54,247 bases of DNA, taken from Phoronis australis (Eukaryota; Animalia; Phoronida). This document shows, piece by piece, positions 39,101-49,692 of this stretch. The stretch is taken from the NCBI GenBank assembly GCA_002633005.1, contig NMRA01001106.1, forward strand, positions 1-54,247, read 5' to 3'. The translations under genes were made by a program, and so were the position numbers. Every line of letters begins with the position of its first letter. The stretch's first letter is position 1. The notes under the pieces were generated by a model. It was not told where the DNA came from. It was given only the letters and a program-made list of their open reading frames with translations, and made no database searches.

Positions 39101-42100
39101 TAAATTCTACTTTCATTTAGGGACGGTTACTATGTTAAACATGCCATTTTGTAGATATTTGACTAAATTCACCTACAAGTCGATAGCGTCCTAAGATAAT
39201 CTTCAATTTGGAGGTTTTTCTGCCACACCAGTCCATTTGTTAATGTTCCCCTTCAGTTAAAGGAACCCAATCCTATTTTATGGACACACGATAGTGCAGT
39301 GGCGAAAGCCTGTCAGTGACGTGGCAGTTTAGTAGTATTGTGATTGGCATGGGTTTTAGACCCAGACACAGCTGGTTTGACAATTCAATCAACATAAGCA
39401 CAAGAACCTAAAAGATGATAAAACTTTCAAAGTATAACGTGAGTCGAGGAAACATTTTTATCCGTGTAATCGTGGCTTCTTTTTGATTGGCCAATTGACA
39501 ATCACGAGTTCATCTTTCAGCGATCTCCATACTGACATGGTTTCGCGGAGAACTCACTTGCTAAACCAACGAACGTCGAGCACAAAGAAACATTTGAAAT
39601 CATCAGCAGCAGTATAGCTTTCAACTGCGCTTGAATTTTGTCGGGTTGACTTGCTGTAGAATGAAGTGCTCTAGCACTGAAAATAAGCTCTACGTTCAAA
39701 GCAAATAACGTTGGGTTTTGCGTCTGCATGCGTCTACGCCTCACGATTCTGTAACTTACAGTGCGTAGACTAACATAAAAATGGTGGTGCTCTGTGTCTG
39801 TGTATATTTATCCCCCACTACACCACTGCACCAGCACACGAAGAGAAGGAGTCTTCTATAATAATACAGTTAGCCCCTGCTGATGGTGGTCCTCGGACGG
39901 GGCTCCCCATATTAGTACAGAAGCCTCTACTCTTGGTAACCTTGGGGGGAACCTGTATTAATATAGGCTGTCCAATTTTCAGGCTCGAAAATTATTTTGT
40001 GCTTATTTAGTTTAAAAATAATAAGCTATTTAAAACAATAAGCGGTTTTTACCTACTTCTGCTTTTAAATAGTATTCACTAAGTTTAAAAATTCATCCCT
40101 GGCAGTCGGCATTATTCTGGTATGATTGCTGCACCCTAATACATAGATTTGGACTAAATTCAAGTCCCGGTAAATATCTACATGTATTACTTCTGTATTC
40201 AAAAATAAGTTTATCGATGTCGATGTAAAAATGAGAGTTGTCTTTGTTCGGCGCATAACGATTGATTACATTACCCAGAATATTTTCCCGATGATGATGA
40301 CTTCAATAGTTATAAATTTTACGGCAAATTCTCACTTGTCTGACTAATTCATAATCAAAATGAGTATCCTACATGCAGTACACATACAATATGGCTTCAT
40401 GGTTTCATGACTTATGTTAATTGTGATAATGAATAATTACATTCAATTTATCTTGAAAGTCGACCATAACATTATATTTTACAATCTTTTTCAACATACG
40501 TACACCACTCAGATAATCAATAGACATACAGTTGGTACACCGTCAGGTTCTATCCCTTGTTTCGAGTCAATGGCAACATGAGAGTCGATCTTAGATATAA
40601 AGGCCCTAAGTGGTTATCTCGACATAATCTAAAAAGTTACCTCAAGAGGGCGCTCCATATATCATATCAAAAGCTGAAATCCAGATCATAAGTGAGTTCT
40701 AATTAATAGTGGTTATACAAATTATTTTGTTGATAACTAAGTAAAGGGCAAACTGAGTGTGTTAGCCGGTACCTCAAGGTCGCGTGATTCAACAAAAGTC
40801 AAGTTTTGGGTAATTGGCATTCCAGGATTTGTTAAGAAAAAGCCACTGAAAAAAAAAATATTTGCTTAAGGAAAATACAGTCTTCAAGTTCCAGTTTAAG
40901 AATTTTCGCGGAGCGCTCGGTTCTGGTTGCTTTGTATGATAACGCGGTGTTGTAAACTTCAGGATTGTCTTTTGTATATCTTTCCTAGAACGAGCGCGGT
41001 ATAAAATCAATAATAAGACACTGAAGTGAAAAAACAAGAAACCGTAAGTAGCGCCACCTCTTCGTTGAAAAAGTAAACAGTACTAGTTGATGGTTGCGAG
41101 AAATCACTTCACGTGAGTGGCATTTTCCCAAGTACCATTCATAGCGAAATTGCGCTTGATTTCCATCAAAATCTCTTTTAAATGAGACTTTTTTCTCAAA
41201 ATTCCTACAAAACCTTTTCCGACTTAATTACCCTTAAAACGACTTACTTTCAAGCACGAGACTTAACTGGAAAGATTGGGCTCCAATATCAAATATCAAA
41301 CGTCAATGTTATATTGACAAATTTTTGTTGCAACAGCTGCACTCATTGTTCGGTTGCAATCAGGATCAATAAATAAAAACGCAGCTGTACATAAACTCTT
41401 ACGAAAAAAGTAGGTTCTAAAAGATAACATTTTCATAGAAGCTTCTGCCTCGTAAATCGGCCCCTATTTCGAGTCCTATCTCAAAATGAATGAGTATCCT
41501 AATTTGTTCACCTGAATCAATCCCATTTGTCAAGCATACCCTCTCTCTATTATGGTTGATCAACAAACGGGTGAAAGACACCGAGGAAGCAGCCTGATAT
41601 AATTCGTCTTAGCATAACAAGTAAAGACAATTAGTGAAGGGTTCCTATGTACTAATCTGGTTTTGTTAAAAAAACGTCTCGTTCGTTATACGGAAGCTTA
41701 CATTTTCACTACGTGACATGTATTGGTGAACAAAACCACTCGATTGTTTTCCAAAGATCAGACTCGGAAATGCAATCACATCCATAAGTAAAACACCAAA
41801 ACGGAATTTTATGTGAGTTTAAAAACATCATGGCGGACTTCTATGTGTGTTTAAAAATGTTGACTAGTAGTGCAGGATATGCCGACTTCTTGAATATGTG
41901 AATTCATAGGTCACTAACGGGTAAGGCATCATGAAGTGAAAGACCGGTTACGTGTCTGCTAACTTATAGTACACTCTACTTCAAAGACTGAGGTTTACAT
42001 CGATATGCATTGAATATATAGGGGCACATGCGAATAAGTATACGGTAGTTGACAAACAACTAAGTTGAACTCCGACCGATGTGAAAAAGGGACATGTAGA

Positions 42101-43653
42101 GTCTATTGGCAAGAAAGGGGTACGTTACACTACATTAAAAAAACTTCCTCACTTTCCAGGATCTAAAGCACTAGCACGGACATGTCGCTAACGCAAGTAC
42201 TCCATTTAGGCCTACTGAGGCACCGTACAATATGAACCTGATGCATTTGACCCGGTAACAAATGATAACGTTCTACGCACAATGCATCATGTGAAAGCAA
42301 ACAGTTGATTGATTTATCGCGAGCTTGTACATGAGTTGTCATGGACAGTGTGAGCGCCAGTCAACATTCATTGTTTTTCTTGGCTTGGTATACAGTGGCA
42401 TAACGTTATTTATAGAACATGACCTAAATTAGGACAACTGGACGGTTGCCATTAAAAATGAGAGCGGTCTTGCTTCGCGAGGTCTTGCTTCATAGCCGAG
42501 ATCCTATAGCGTAGTTAACACTGATGCTGGTCTTCTCAGAAGTGAACGTAGAATGCAGTAATTAACGTTCCACTATGAAATGCGCACACAGACCTACATT
42601 CAACAACGCACAAATGCCATGAGCCGTGAATACTTTTGAGTCTACATTCACAGCGCTTTTCTTGAGCTTGACAAAAGGCGTTCCGTGAGAAAGTTATTTG
42701 AAGAACACGACCTTAGTGAAAATATAGACGGTCACCTTAACCAGTCTCGTTTACAATACACCTGGCGAAAACTGTGACATCACTGAAGTCAGTCTTACCC
42801 AGAAGTGAACGTATACTCTAGGAGTTAACGCTCCACTACCGTAACATGCGTATAGAGTTATTCTCCCATCTACATTTTTAGAATGTAACGATATCTTCAG
42901 CCTGACATTTTATTTGCAATGACAATCTGGATCGAGGGGAGTCCGAGTCCAGGTGAGGGCTACACTGATCTTGTTATTTCCAGACATATCATAACAGCTC
43001 AAACCACACCTTCTAAACACACGTTGGCAACCAAATAGAATTTTTGAGTTGAGACAAGAAAAAAAATGGCGACCAGCTTGTGAAATAAGTGCATAAACCG
43101 GTTGAAGACATGAAATTTCAGGCTTGAGGAAGGGAGTGATTGATGGTTGGTTTAGTGTGACAACAATGGTTTGGTCTGTGCCAACAATCGAGTTTTATAA
43201 TGTCCATTGTCAAAAGGTATGCATGAAACCAAACGTGCAGAGGTAAACTTTTATTATTTTCTATGAAGTGGTACTCACCCAGGCTCCGCCCCTCCTCTGC
43301 GGTGATATTGGGAAATTCCTAGTGCGACTGAATTAAGCCATTTTGCGACAGTACAAGGGTGTAACTTAAAATGTCTTTTGCCAACAACATTGACATGAAT
43401 GTGGGTCTCAAAACGTTCTAACTTAACAAACCATTAAGTTGATTGTAAAGTCACGCTGATCGTCGACATAACGCCGCGGGTTAAACAATCAAACTTCAAA
43501 AGCCCTCCCTAAATAAACATATTCAGCATACAAGATTTCAACGACTATGATAGGGGAGGGGTGAAAAGATGAAATGATTTCTGAGAAAACTCTCACCTTT
43601 TCCAATTCTGCCTTATCGAGATGTAAACGACATGATTCCTTGCTGGATGCCAT
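11823..43653 (-). CDS. Spliced gene (13 coding exons, 691 aa): ankyrin-repeat protein fused to a C-terminal FAM111-like trypsin-type serine protease
   Basis: Manual join of 43653-43597, 37639-37550, 24727-24629, 24062-23964, 23405-23307, 23160-23062, 22535-22434, 18638-18540, 18008-17910, 17664-17439, 16435-16103, 14087-13765 and 12173-11823. All introns are GT-AG, phases are compatible, and 2076 nt stay open to TGA. Motifs: TPLH/TALH ankyrin repeats; VMTNWHV (His), DLDVAVL (Asp), FAGHPDG, GTGSSGCP (Ser) and IEQG, matching the FAM111A pattern (TCRHV, LDYAVL, IGHPYG, GASGSP, IEFG). Small additional exons in the long introns cannot be excluded. Confidence 0.85.
12365..13145. mobile_element. Non-autonomous TIR element in the last intron of the protease gene
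   Basis: gagacttccctcgtgttt (12366) is inverted to aaacacgagtgaagtctc (13126-13143). Internal inverted ttttacgacc/ggtcgtaaaa. Confidence 0.55.
13255..13470. repeat. Degenerate ~45-48-bp tandem repeat (actgttccttatatggtca core)
   Basis: About 5-6 cores. Three contain CC(A/T)6GG. Confidence 0.75.
13765..14087 (-). CDS. Exon: protease domain with catalytic Asp (DLDVAVL) and GHPDG motif
   Basis: Within ORF 13747-14100. tgtttcag acceptor, AAG|gtaggc donor, phase 1/0. Confidence 0.92.
16103..16435 (-). CDS. Exon: end of linker and start of protease domain (GSGFRVGPDYVMTNWHV, catalytic His)
   Basis: Within ORF 16062-16451. tttgacag acceptor, C|gtgagt donor, phase 1/1. Confidence 0.92.
17439..17664 (-). 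CDS. Linker exon, NHKKKRQGSQRPSSAEG...LELGRSVMHYLQSSG...GVDVRLS
   Basis: 226 nt open, phase 0 in and phase 1 out (TCAG|gtaaac). Exactly bridges the flanking exons. Confidence 0.8.
17910..18008 (-). CDS. Exon: ankyrin C-cap, TGETAYDVCGKGGNVFFNNIAAETIKKIKEVLK
   Basis: 99 nt, ttttcag|...|gtacac, phase 0/0. G+TA+D+ terminal ankyrin signature. Confidence 0.85.
18540..18638 (-). CDS. Ankyrin repeat exon, GGNTSLHSASSCGHLEVVELLLKTGVDATVVNT
   Basis: 99 nt, cttgtag|...|gtgaga, phase 0/0. Confidence 0.92.
22434..22535 (-). CDS. Ankyrin repeat exon, NGDTALHLASQSGKAAVVELLVNKGSCEVTAVNK
   Basis: 102 nt, ctttag|...|gtatct, phase 0/0. Confidence 0.9.
23062..23160 (-). CDS. Ankyrin repeat exon, EGHTPLHQAAQGGHTAIVQCLIEHRAKVNVRDE
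   Basis: 99 nt, ttccatag|...|gtaatt, phase 0/0. Confidence 0.92.
23307..23405 (-). CDS. Ankyrin repeat exon, GGWTPLHCAAEGGHTQTVKCLVEHSATVDVRTQ
   Basis: 99 nt, catag|...|gtaatt, phase 0/0. Twin of 23964-24062. Confidence 0.92.
23964..24062 (-). CDS. Ankyrin repeat exon, RGGTPLHWAARRGHTQTVECLVEHNATVDVRNE
   Basis: 99 nt, catag|...|gtaatt, phase 0/0. Confidence 0.92.
24256..24352 (-). pseudogene. Decayed ankyrin pseudo-exon
   Basis: Frameshifted fragments WRGRCEVMEAL and TVDVYTM, an acag acceptor, and the adjacent intron motif gaatggacgat shared with the functional twin exons. Confidence 0.45.
24629..24727 (-). CDS. Ankyrin repeat exon, GGYTALHCAAEWGHTEVARVLCKAGANVNKQNE
   Basis: 99 nt, ctgcag|...|gtaata, phase 0/0, canonical ankyrin consensus. 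Confidence 0.92.
25340..31745. repeat. Diverged ~500-550-bp inverted repeat pair (about 25340-25900 and 31240-31745)
   Basis: Colinear inverted matches, e.g. atatttaaaggggcatt / aatgcccctttaaatat and acatcaatatagggtgaa / ttcacccggtattgatgt. Confidence 0.75.
32313..32557. mobile_element. MITE with 14-bp TIR catgcgcgcaccca
   Basis: Perfect terminal inverted repeats. The internal segment 32440-32503 has an inverted copy at about 33442-33500. Confidence 0.8.
34204..35370. repeat. Local tandem duplication (~620-bp offset) carrying the MITE and flanking sequence; the second copy has a further insertion at about 35085-35270
   Basis: Shared blocks cagcttat.ctctgtggtggcatt...gaatgaaacaagtac and taggtcagttact...tagagtttt.ttccgaa. 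Confidence 0.85.
34205..34359. mobile_element. ~155-bp MITE (TIR cagcctcccgttcagtaacgctaggacct)
   Basis: The 29-nt TIR matches aggtcctagcgttactgaacgcacgtctg. Further copies at 34829-34983, about 36620-36710 and, inverted, about 42455-42530. Confidence 0.8.
37550..37639 (-). CDS. Exon: N-terminal ankyrin cap, VWAAANNGNCSELVKYINRGWDVDQELTSW
   Basis: ttttcag acceptor, gtgagt donor, 90 nt, phase 0/0. AAxxG...G.DVD ankyrin-like pattern. Confidence 0.8.
43597..43653 (-). CDS. Proximal first coding exon, MASSKESCRLHLDKAELEK
   Basis: ACCATGG start context, 57 nt, AAG|gtgaga donor, phase 0. Confidence 0.7.
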
Positions 43654-45681
43654 GGTCTATGTCTGGTCATTAGAATACCTGCGGTTATTCTTCGTCGAGT
43701 GAATATTACGCAGCGTACTGAAAGCAATTAAAGTACTCCTCAGTGGGTAATTCCAGAAGTTTCGATGAGTCATTGCTTAAATAGGTTATTGACAGCAAAC
43801 AGGTGGCAGGTTAGGCTTTTATCTGACAATACAGTTAGATAACAAATGTATACTCTGCGCAAGTGATCCTATTTTGAACTTACAGTAGTAGTAACCTGCA
43901 CGGATTTTAAATGCAACTTTCACCAATACCAGTGACACCAGCACTGTGTTGTTATCATAGACATCTTTACACTATACTAACTCTAAACAGTACTGCAGCA
44001 TACGCTCATTCCCGGGCTGTGCTGCGCGGCACACAAAACCCATCCCCCGCTGCACTACTGAGGCCTTCGTTGCGCCCGTTTCGGCACCGCCTTGGTCTCA
44101 TGCAGCTTGGAACCAGGTCCCAAGCACTGTAGAGGCCCTCTATTTAGATTCGAGGTGTTGCATTTTTTCTTGCTGGACGGGATGTAAGACATTTCGGTGC
44201 CTGTAGTGTAACGGGGAGCTGAACACCGGGCAAGTGCATGACGGCGTACAGTCGTTCAGCACTATTGAACTATTGCAGACGTGAGGGGTTTTGAACGTGT
44301 TTCCTTGGGAACTGCCTACCACAGTCTTTTGTCCCGTACGACAACAGGAAGGCCAATTATCTCCCAGGCTTCAAAGGGTTAACACCTGGCGGAATGAACT
44401 GTCTTAATCTCGGTTGTAGTTGGGAGACTTTGGTGATTCAAAAACTAAATATGATCAGCATTTGACAAGGAATTCAGAAATGCTATTGCTTTTATGTTCA
44501 AATATGTTATAAATTAACTTTCTTTTTAGCAGCACAGCCCAGTTGTCGGAGATTAGAGCCGTAGGTTACCGAACTTAATCCAGGTGAAATCATGAACACT
44601 GCCGGCCGGAGGCAAGTCTTCTCAGAAGTGTAGACTGTAGTAATTAACGTCTCACTATGACATGCGCACATACTTAAAACTGTCTTATTTTTCTAACTAT
44701 AGTTTTTTGGTATAGTTAAAAGTCGGTCGGACAGTGCACGCGGCGATGGCAGGAGGGATGAAAAGCGCAGGCCTATACATTTCCTGTTGTTGTTTTCAAT
44801 TCCATCCCGCATGTAACTCCAGTACAATTGAAACAGCTTAAATCACACATTTTAAACACACATGTGCTGCCAATCATACAGGACTTTTAAAAAAATGAGA
44901 CAAAAGAAAAATATCTGGTGACCAATGAGAGTGCTTCGGCGCAGATAGGAATATTGTGATTGATGAGTTGCTTGGCCTGCCCGAACAACGGTGCTACAGC
45001 CACTGATATAGTCTAGTTATATAATGTTGACTGCCTAAAAGGATGCTCCAAGGCTTGCAGACATAATGGATAGCCCGGCCTTCTACACCATTTTCTATAC
45101 AAAGAGGTGTTCAACACCCCTCGCCGCTTTGCCCTGTGACGTTGGGAAATTCCTAGTGTACGTGAAGCCATTTTTAGAGTACGAGGTTCTCGAGTCTTTT
45201 TGTCAACGCAAGAGCGAATTTATTTTTTCATCTCAGAATCTCGAAAGGTTCGCACAATAATAACTATACCGTCACGGTATAGGCCTCGAAGCGGATCTAG
45301 GATACCGAGGGGGACACGTACGATGAGCTCGGGGAATTGGGCCAAAGCGCGATTGTATCTGCACACTGGCAGGCGGCACGCCATTCCGGGGTCGGGGACG
45401 TGGACTTTCTCAGTGTTCAGAAACCCTGTCGTCGGACTAAAACAAAAAAACGAGAACAAGATTCCGCCCCTCGAACTGGGTATGACTCCCCCCACATCCG
45501 CTACCAGTCCTAGTAATTACTGCACTCAATATTTGGCGCTGTTGGATCATTTCATTTTTTCTGCGGCACTGCTAGGGCGGGGCGGGGCGGGCCACCTGGG
45601 CCTTCCCTAATTCCGCCTTGGCCGGCGCCCTTGGAACTTCACGGTGGTGTTCGTAACGCAAAACATTTTAAAAATTCTCAC

Positions 45682-45738
45682 CTTTCCCAATTGTGCCTCA
45701 GTGAGAAGTAAACGCCTTGATTTCTTATTAGCAGCCAT
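45682..45738 (-). CDS. Alternative (distal) first coding exon of the ANK-FAM111-like gene, MAANKKSRRLLLTEAQLGK
   Basis: ATG at 45738, 57 nt, ends AAG|gtgaga in phase 0. Paralogous to 43653-43597 and splices in frame to exon 37639. Confidence 0.65.
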
Positions 45739-46092
45739 ATCGCCGACTTCTCTTCAGAGTCACTGTGGTTGTTATGCGCGAGTAGGCTACGCAGCCGGTT
45801 AAAAATACACTTTTGGTTTTCCCTGAAATTTCGATGAGTCACTGGCCGGGGTAAATAGGTCATCAACGCAGACGGCGGGTTGGTTAACTGATATCTGCAA
45901 CAACACATAGCTGACTTGACTCACACGTGACCGTGCAAAAGATCTTGGCGGTTTATAATCAATACAGCTGAACATGAAACATACTTTTACATGTGGTGTG
46001 ACTCGATCATTGCTGTAATGGCATCAACCCTTGCCGATTCGAAGACAGGACCGTAGTACAAACGATATGGGACTAGAGTCGTGATCCGCAGC

Positions 46093-46106
46093 GCGCCCTC
46101 CAGCGG
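46093..46106 (-). promoter_or_regulatory. Candidate CTCF-binding site between the divergent genes
   Basis: CCGCTGGAGGGCGC matches 12/14 positions of CCASYAGRKGGCRS. Motif only. Confidence 0.35.
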
Positions 46107-47922
46107 CTCGCACTGTTACTCTCTCAGAACACTGAGTTTGGTTACAGTACAACAATGCTTCTAGATCTATTTTCGTTTAAAATAAAATTTGACTCAGAAA
46201 AATAAGAGACTACTTGAAGTGTTGATGTACTCTTACAAACCACCAGGTAGTTGACAACACTGTATTGCATAGTAAAAACTGAGTAAACGCCTTCGATTTT
46301 GAGATCTACACTATAGCCTTGTATCTCTTCCTGCTAGTAGACGGTAAATGCCAAGGTTGACCTTATGATTGTTCAAAAAGGAGGCGACCTTTTGTAGGGT
46401 TTCAAAGCGAATTATTTTGAAAATTTAGTTCTCAATATGACATTTTCAATAAATTTCAATATTGATTCATGACGAAAAAAAACAAGTTAATCAGTATATG
46501 GTTTTTACGTTTCCACTTATTTTGCACCAAACAAAACGACCTATTCTCGCCGATTCCAATACCGTCGTCGGGTACACACGCCCCCTATCGGAATGTCAGT
46601 ATACACTTTCGTCTTCAAAATGACATGAATGCAAAGTTCTTAATATAATTTGTTGGGGTAACTGATAACACAATATGTATTATACATGTACACCAGGGAA
46701 TTGCCTTTTAACAATTCGCTGGGATCGAATGTTTTTGTTTTTGGACTGCTAAGGTCGCCCGAGTCCTATCATCTTCAACTGGGCCCGTACTAAAAATTGT
46801 GCTAATTAATTGAATAAAAAGTTTTAAACGAGAAAATGTTGACCAATTTGAATATTAATTGTAGTGAAATGACCACATTAATATGTTTCCTTGAATTCCC
46901 ATGTATTTTGCACCAACTAAACTAAACGGTCCCGCACAATGACAGGCGCCTCTGAGCGAGCTCTGGCTGCGCACTACTTAATTGCTGCCTACCCGGTTGA
47001 AATCTGTGTACAACAAACTATGTACTTAGAAAAAAAATGTATTATGGTTTTCTGGTGACCGTGTCTGCCATATACAGCCTCTTAAAGTTGATTATAATTG
47101 TATAAAGTGTGCCGGCGGGTGCCTGGCAAGTGGTTTGAACGCCAAAGCAATGAGATAACAATAGTAAGCAATAGAGTATACTAAACACCCGTGTTTGGCA
47201 GGCCTGAGAACTATGCATGTAAAACAATGGCACTGAATGAGATTTCAAGTGTATAAGCTGAAATTCGGGTGTAGGAATGGACCAAGTAAGGCAAACCGCG
47301 TTATCCCAGCCTGGGTGTATATCGATATCCATAGTCGACAAGGATTTTTTCAGCAACTGACTCATGCCTGACCTTGAAGGGACGGTATAGTTTATTCATT
47401 GTTAAAAAACCATTTTAAACGGCAGAATACAATACAAATTTGCCTGCCGGATCACAGACAAGTCAATAATTAAAAGTCTGATTTTATGTAACTAAATGTT
47501 TTCTTGCCTCCCCTGAGAATGATAGTCAGCATGTCAGTGACATTCATCTCTGGTAGATTCAGCAACACCTCGTGCAGGATTTTTGCGTTTCGTCACAGGT
47601 GAATGGCGGTGCTGTTCTTGCTTTCGCAGCTTCAGCAAGGTTGTACAGTGTGCTCACGACACATGTGCCTTTTGTATAACCTATACTAGATAGTGTGAAT
47701 CACAACAAATATATGGGCCTTCAGATAAACGTTAGGCCAACAAAGTAGTGAAGAATCAACAGTTACATGACTAAAAAACTAAAAACACCAAGAAAACCAA
47801 GGAAGAGAATTCGTTAATTATTAAACGTTACAAAATTCTAAAGAAAAATTCTCAGTCTAACTCAAAAATCAACCACAAGAAAAGGTCTGCACACCAAGAG
47901 CACCTAAACGACAGTGACCGTG

Positions 47923-48212
47923 GGCCGTTGGGGAGAAATTGTCGCCGTAAAATTACTTGCGTAAATTAATTCTTATTACAGTAGCGTAAAATGATTATTT
48001 GCGGTGTAATTATTGGCGATTTACGCCGTTTAATTACGTGCTTAAGTTATTTCTCGTTAGAGGCGTAAATTAATTATTTAGATGTGTAAATTAGTTAATT
48101 GCGGCGAAAGTGATCATTTGAGATGCAACGTAATTATTTGCGACGTATTTTAACTTCGTAAAGTAATCATTTGCTGCGTAATTTTACCGTGCGACACCTT
48201 CCCCCTACGGCC
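47923..48212. mobile_element. MITE with internal degenerate gcgtaaattaatt repeats
   Basis: ggccgttggggagaaattgtcgccgtaaaatt versus the inverted end aattttaccgtgcgacaccttccccctacggcc. Confidence 0.75.
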
Positions 48213-48870
48213 ATTCCAAGTGACCGCTTATTACAGGCCAGACACTACTTCCTTTATTGGTATAGCAAAATGTAGTATTTATTTATTATAGTGACAAGTA
48301 CAATTAATTCAAACAGTTAGGCTCTATACGTAGGTATGACATTCGTGAGCCCACTCGTACCGGCCAGGGCAGCGTTACCTATAGGTGTCGCTGTAACAAC
48401 ATGGCGGTACCCACGTGTGGTTTTGTCGTCGGGGGAGAAGTGACTGGATGACAAAGTCGTTTTCTGTAGATTGCTTTTAACTGAAACTGTACGATATGTA
48501 AGTTTAAGGTACCTCAATTTTCATTCTGGTAATGGTGTAAAGAACGGTAGTTGGTACTTCATTATTTCATCTAGGCAATATGTCAGCTCAAACCGGATTA
48601 AAAGGCCAAGGGCACAGTCAGATGTCCTCGGTTTCTGATCGTACACACTACGCTATAATCTATATAATACTTCAAGATATGACACTCCGGACTAGAAATT
48701 ACACGGGTGCTTCTCTTCAGTCGTCCATAGCAAACACAAAACTCGATAAATTTATGCAACACTATTAACCCTAACCGGTGAGGGTTAGAACGCAGAATTC
48801 ACAATGAGTGCCTGTTAGTGTTGTGACGTGTTGTCATGTGTTATGATTAACCCTACCCATCATCACAATC

Positions 48871-48948
48871 GTCCTCAGCTTCTGATCGTCCCCAATACAC
48901 TACATAGTATTATATGTAGTGTATTGGGGATGATCAGAAGCTGAGGAC
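48871..48948. repeat. 36-bp-stem hairpin (one G-T mismatch, 6-nt loop)
   Basis: gtcctcagcttctgatcgtccccaatacactacata-gtatta-tatgtagtgtattggggatgatcagaagctgaggac. Confidence 0.95.
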
Positions 48949-49529
48949 ACCTGTGCCCATGATGGCATTTCTCAATGATTAAGCACAACTTCGTCTAAGT
49001 GATTCTGAAAGTGACTCGAGTTGCTCCCAGTCATATCAAACAATTGCTTAATTAATAAAATAAATTTCTTTTCTATTGTTGACAGTTGAAAATTGTAATG
49101 TGGCCACTCGTAATGCTAAAAATACATAAAATTCATTGACAAAAATATGCATAAATTTCTAAACATTGTCTGATTTTGATGATTTTTTTATTTGGCACAA
49201 CTACATGTAAATATCTCTTTACATATGAGATTCATTTGGCATTTAGTATTTAAGTGACCAAAAAAAATATTTTAGACCGTAACACAGTCAACTCTTGAAT
49301 ATGGACCTTGATTGTGATTTAACCGAGTACAGCGAATTGTAGACGATCAGAAGCTGAGGACGCCTGTGATTCAAGGTTGGTTCTAACAGTGGACTCACAC
49401 TCACAGGGAGCACTGCACTGGCACTGGCAACTTTTCTAGCAGGACCAACTAAAGATGGTGAAGCTCCTAGGCAACACATTGCCCCTCGGTACATTGGCCT
49501 GAGGCATTCAGGATTCAGGGTGATGTAAT

Positions 49530-49692
49530 TTGGGGCGGATCCAGGATTTTGAGTTAGGGGGGCCAGAGCAGAGTGTTTGCCAGGATTTTGTCCGTTTTAG
49601 ACATTTGCACACCTGAACTGCCAAATGGAATCTGCGACAACTTTAGGGGGGGGGGGCATGGCCCCCTTGTCCCACCTCTAACTCCTCCACTG
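49530..49692. mobile_element. MITE of the GGGGCGGATCCAGG family
   Basis: ggggcggatccagg ... tcctccactg, flanked by the 5-nt direct repeat gtaat. Same family type as 8896-9129. Confidence 0.7.

Larger units (their letters stand above)
42530..45750. repeat. Old ~2.09-kb tandem duplication containing the first coding exon
   Basis: gtcttctcagaagtg...gtaattaacgt at 42530 and 44616; ttgggaaattcctagtg at 43308 and 45142; exon ends at 43597 and 45682. Confidence 0.75.

Noticed and set aside
44014-44540. 12-bp inverted repeat gggctgtgctgc / gcagcacagccc bounding a GC-richer segment
   Set aside because: Short, with no target-site duplication seen; cannot be called an element with confidence.
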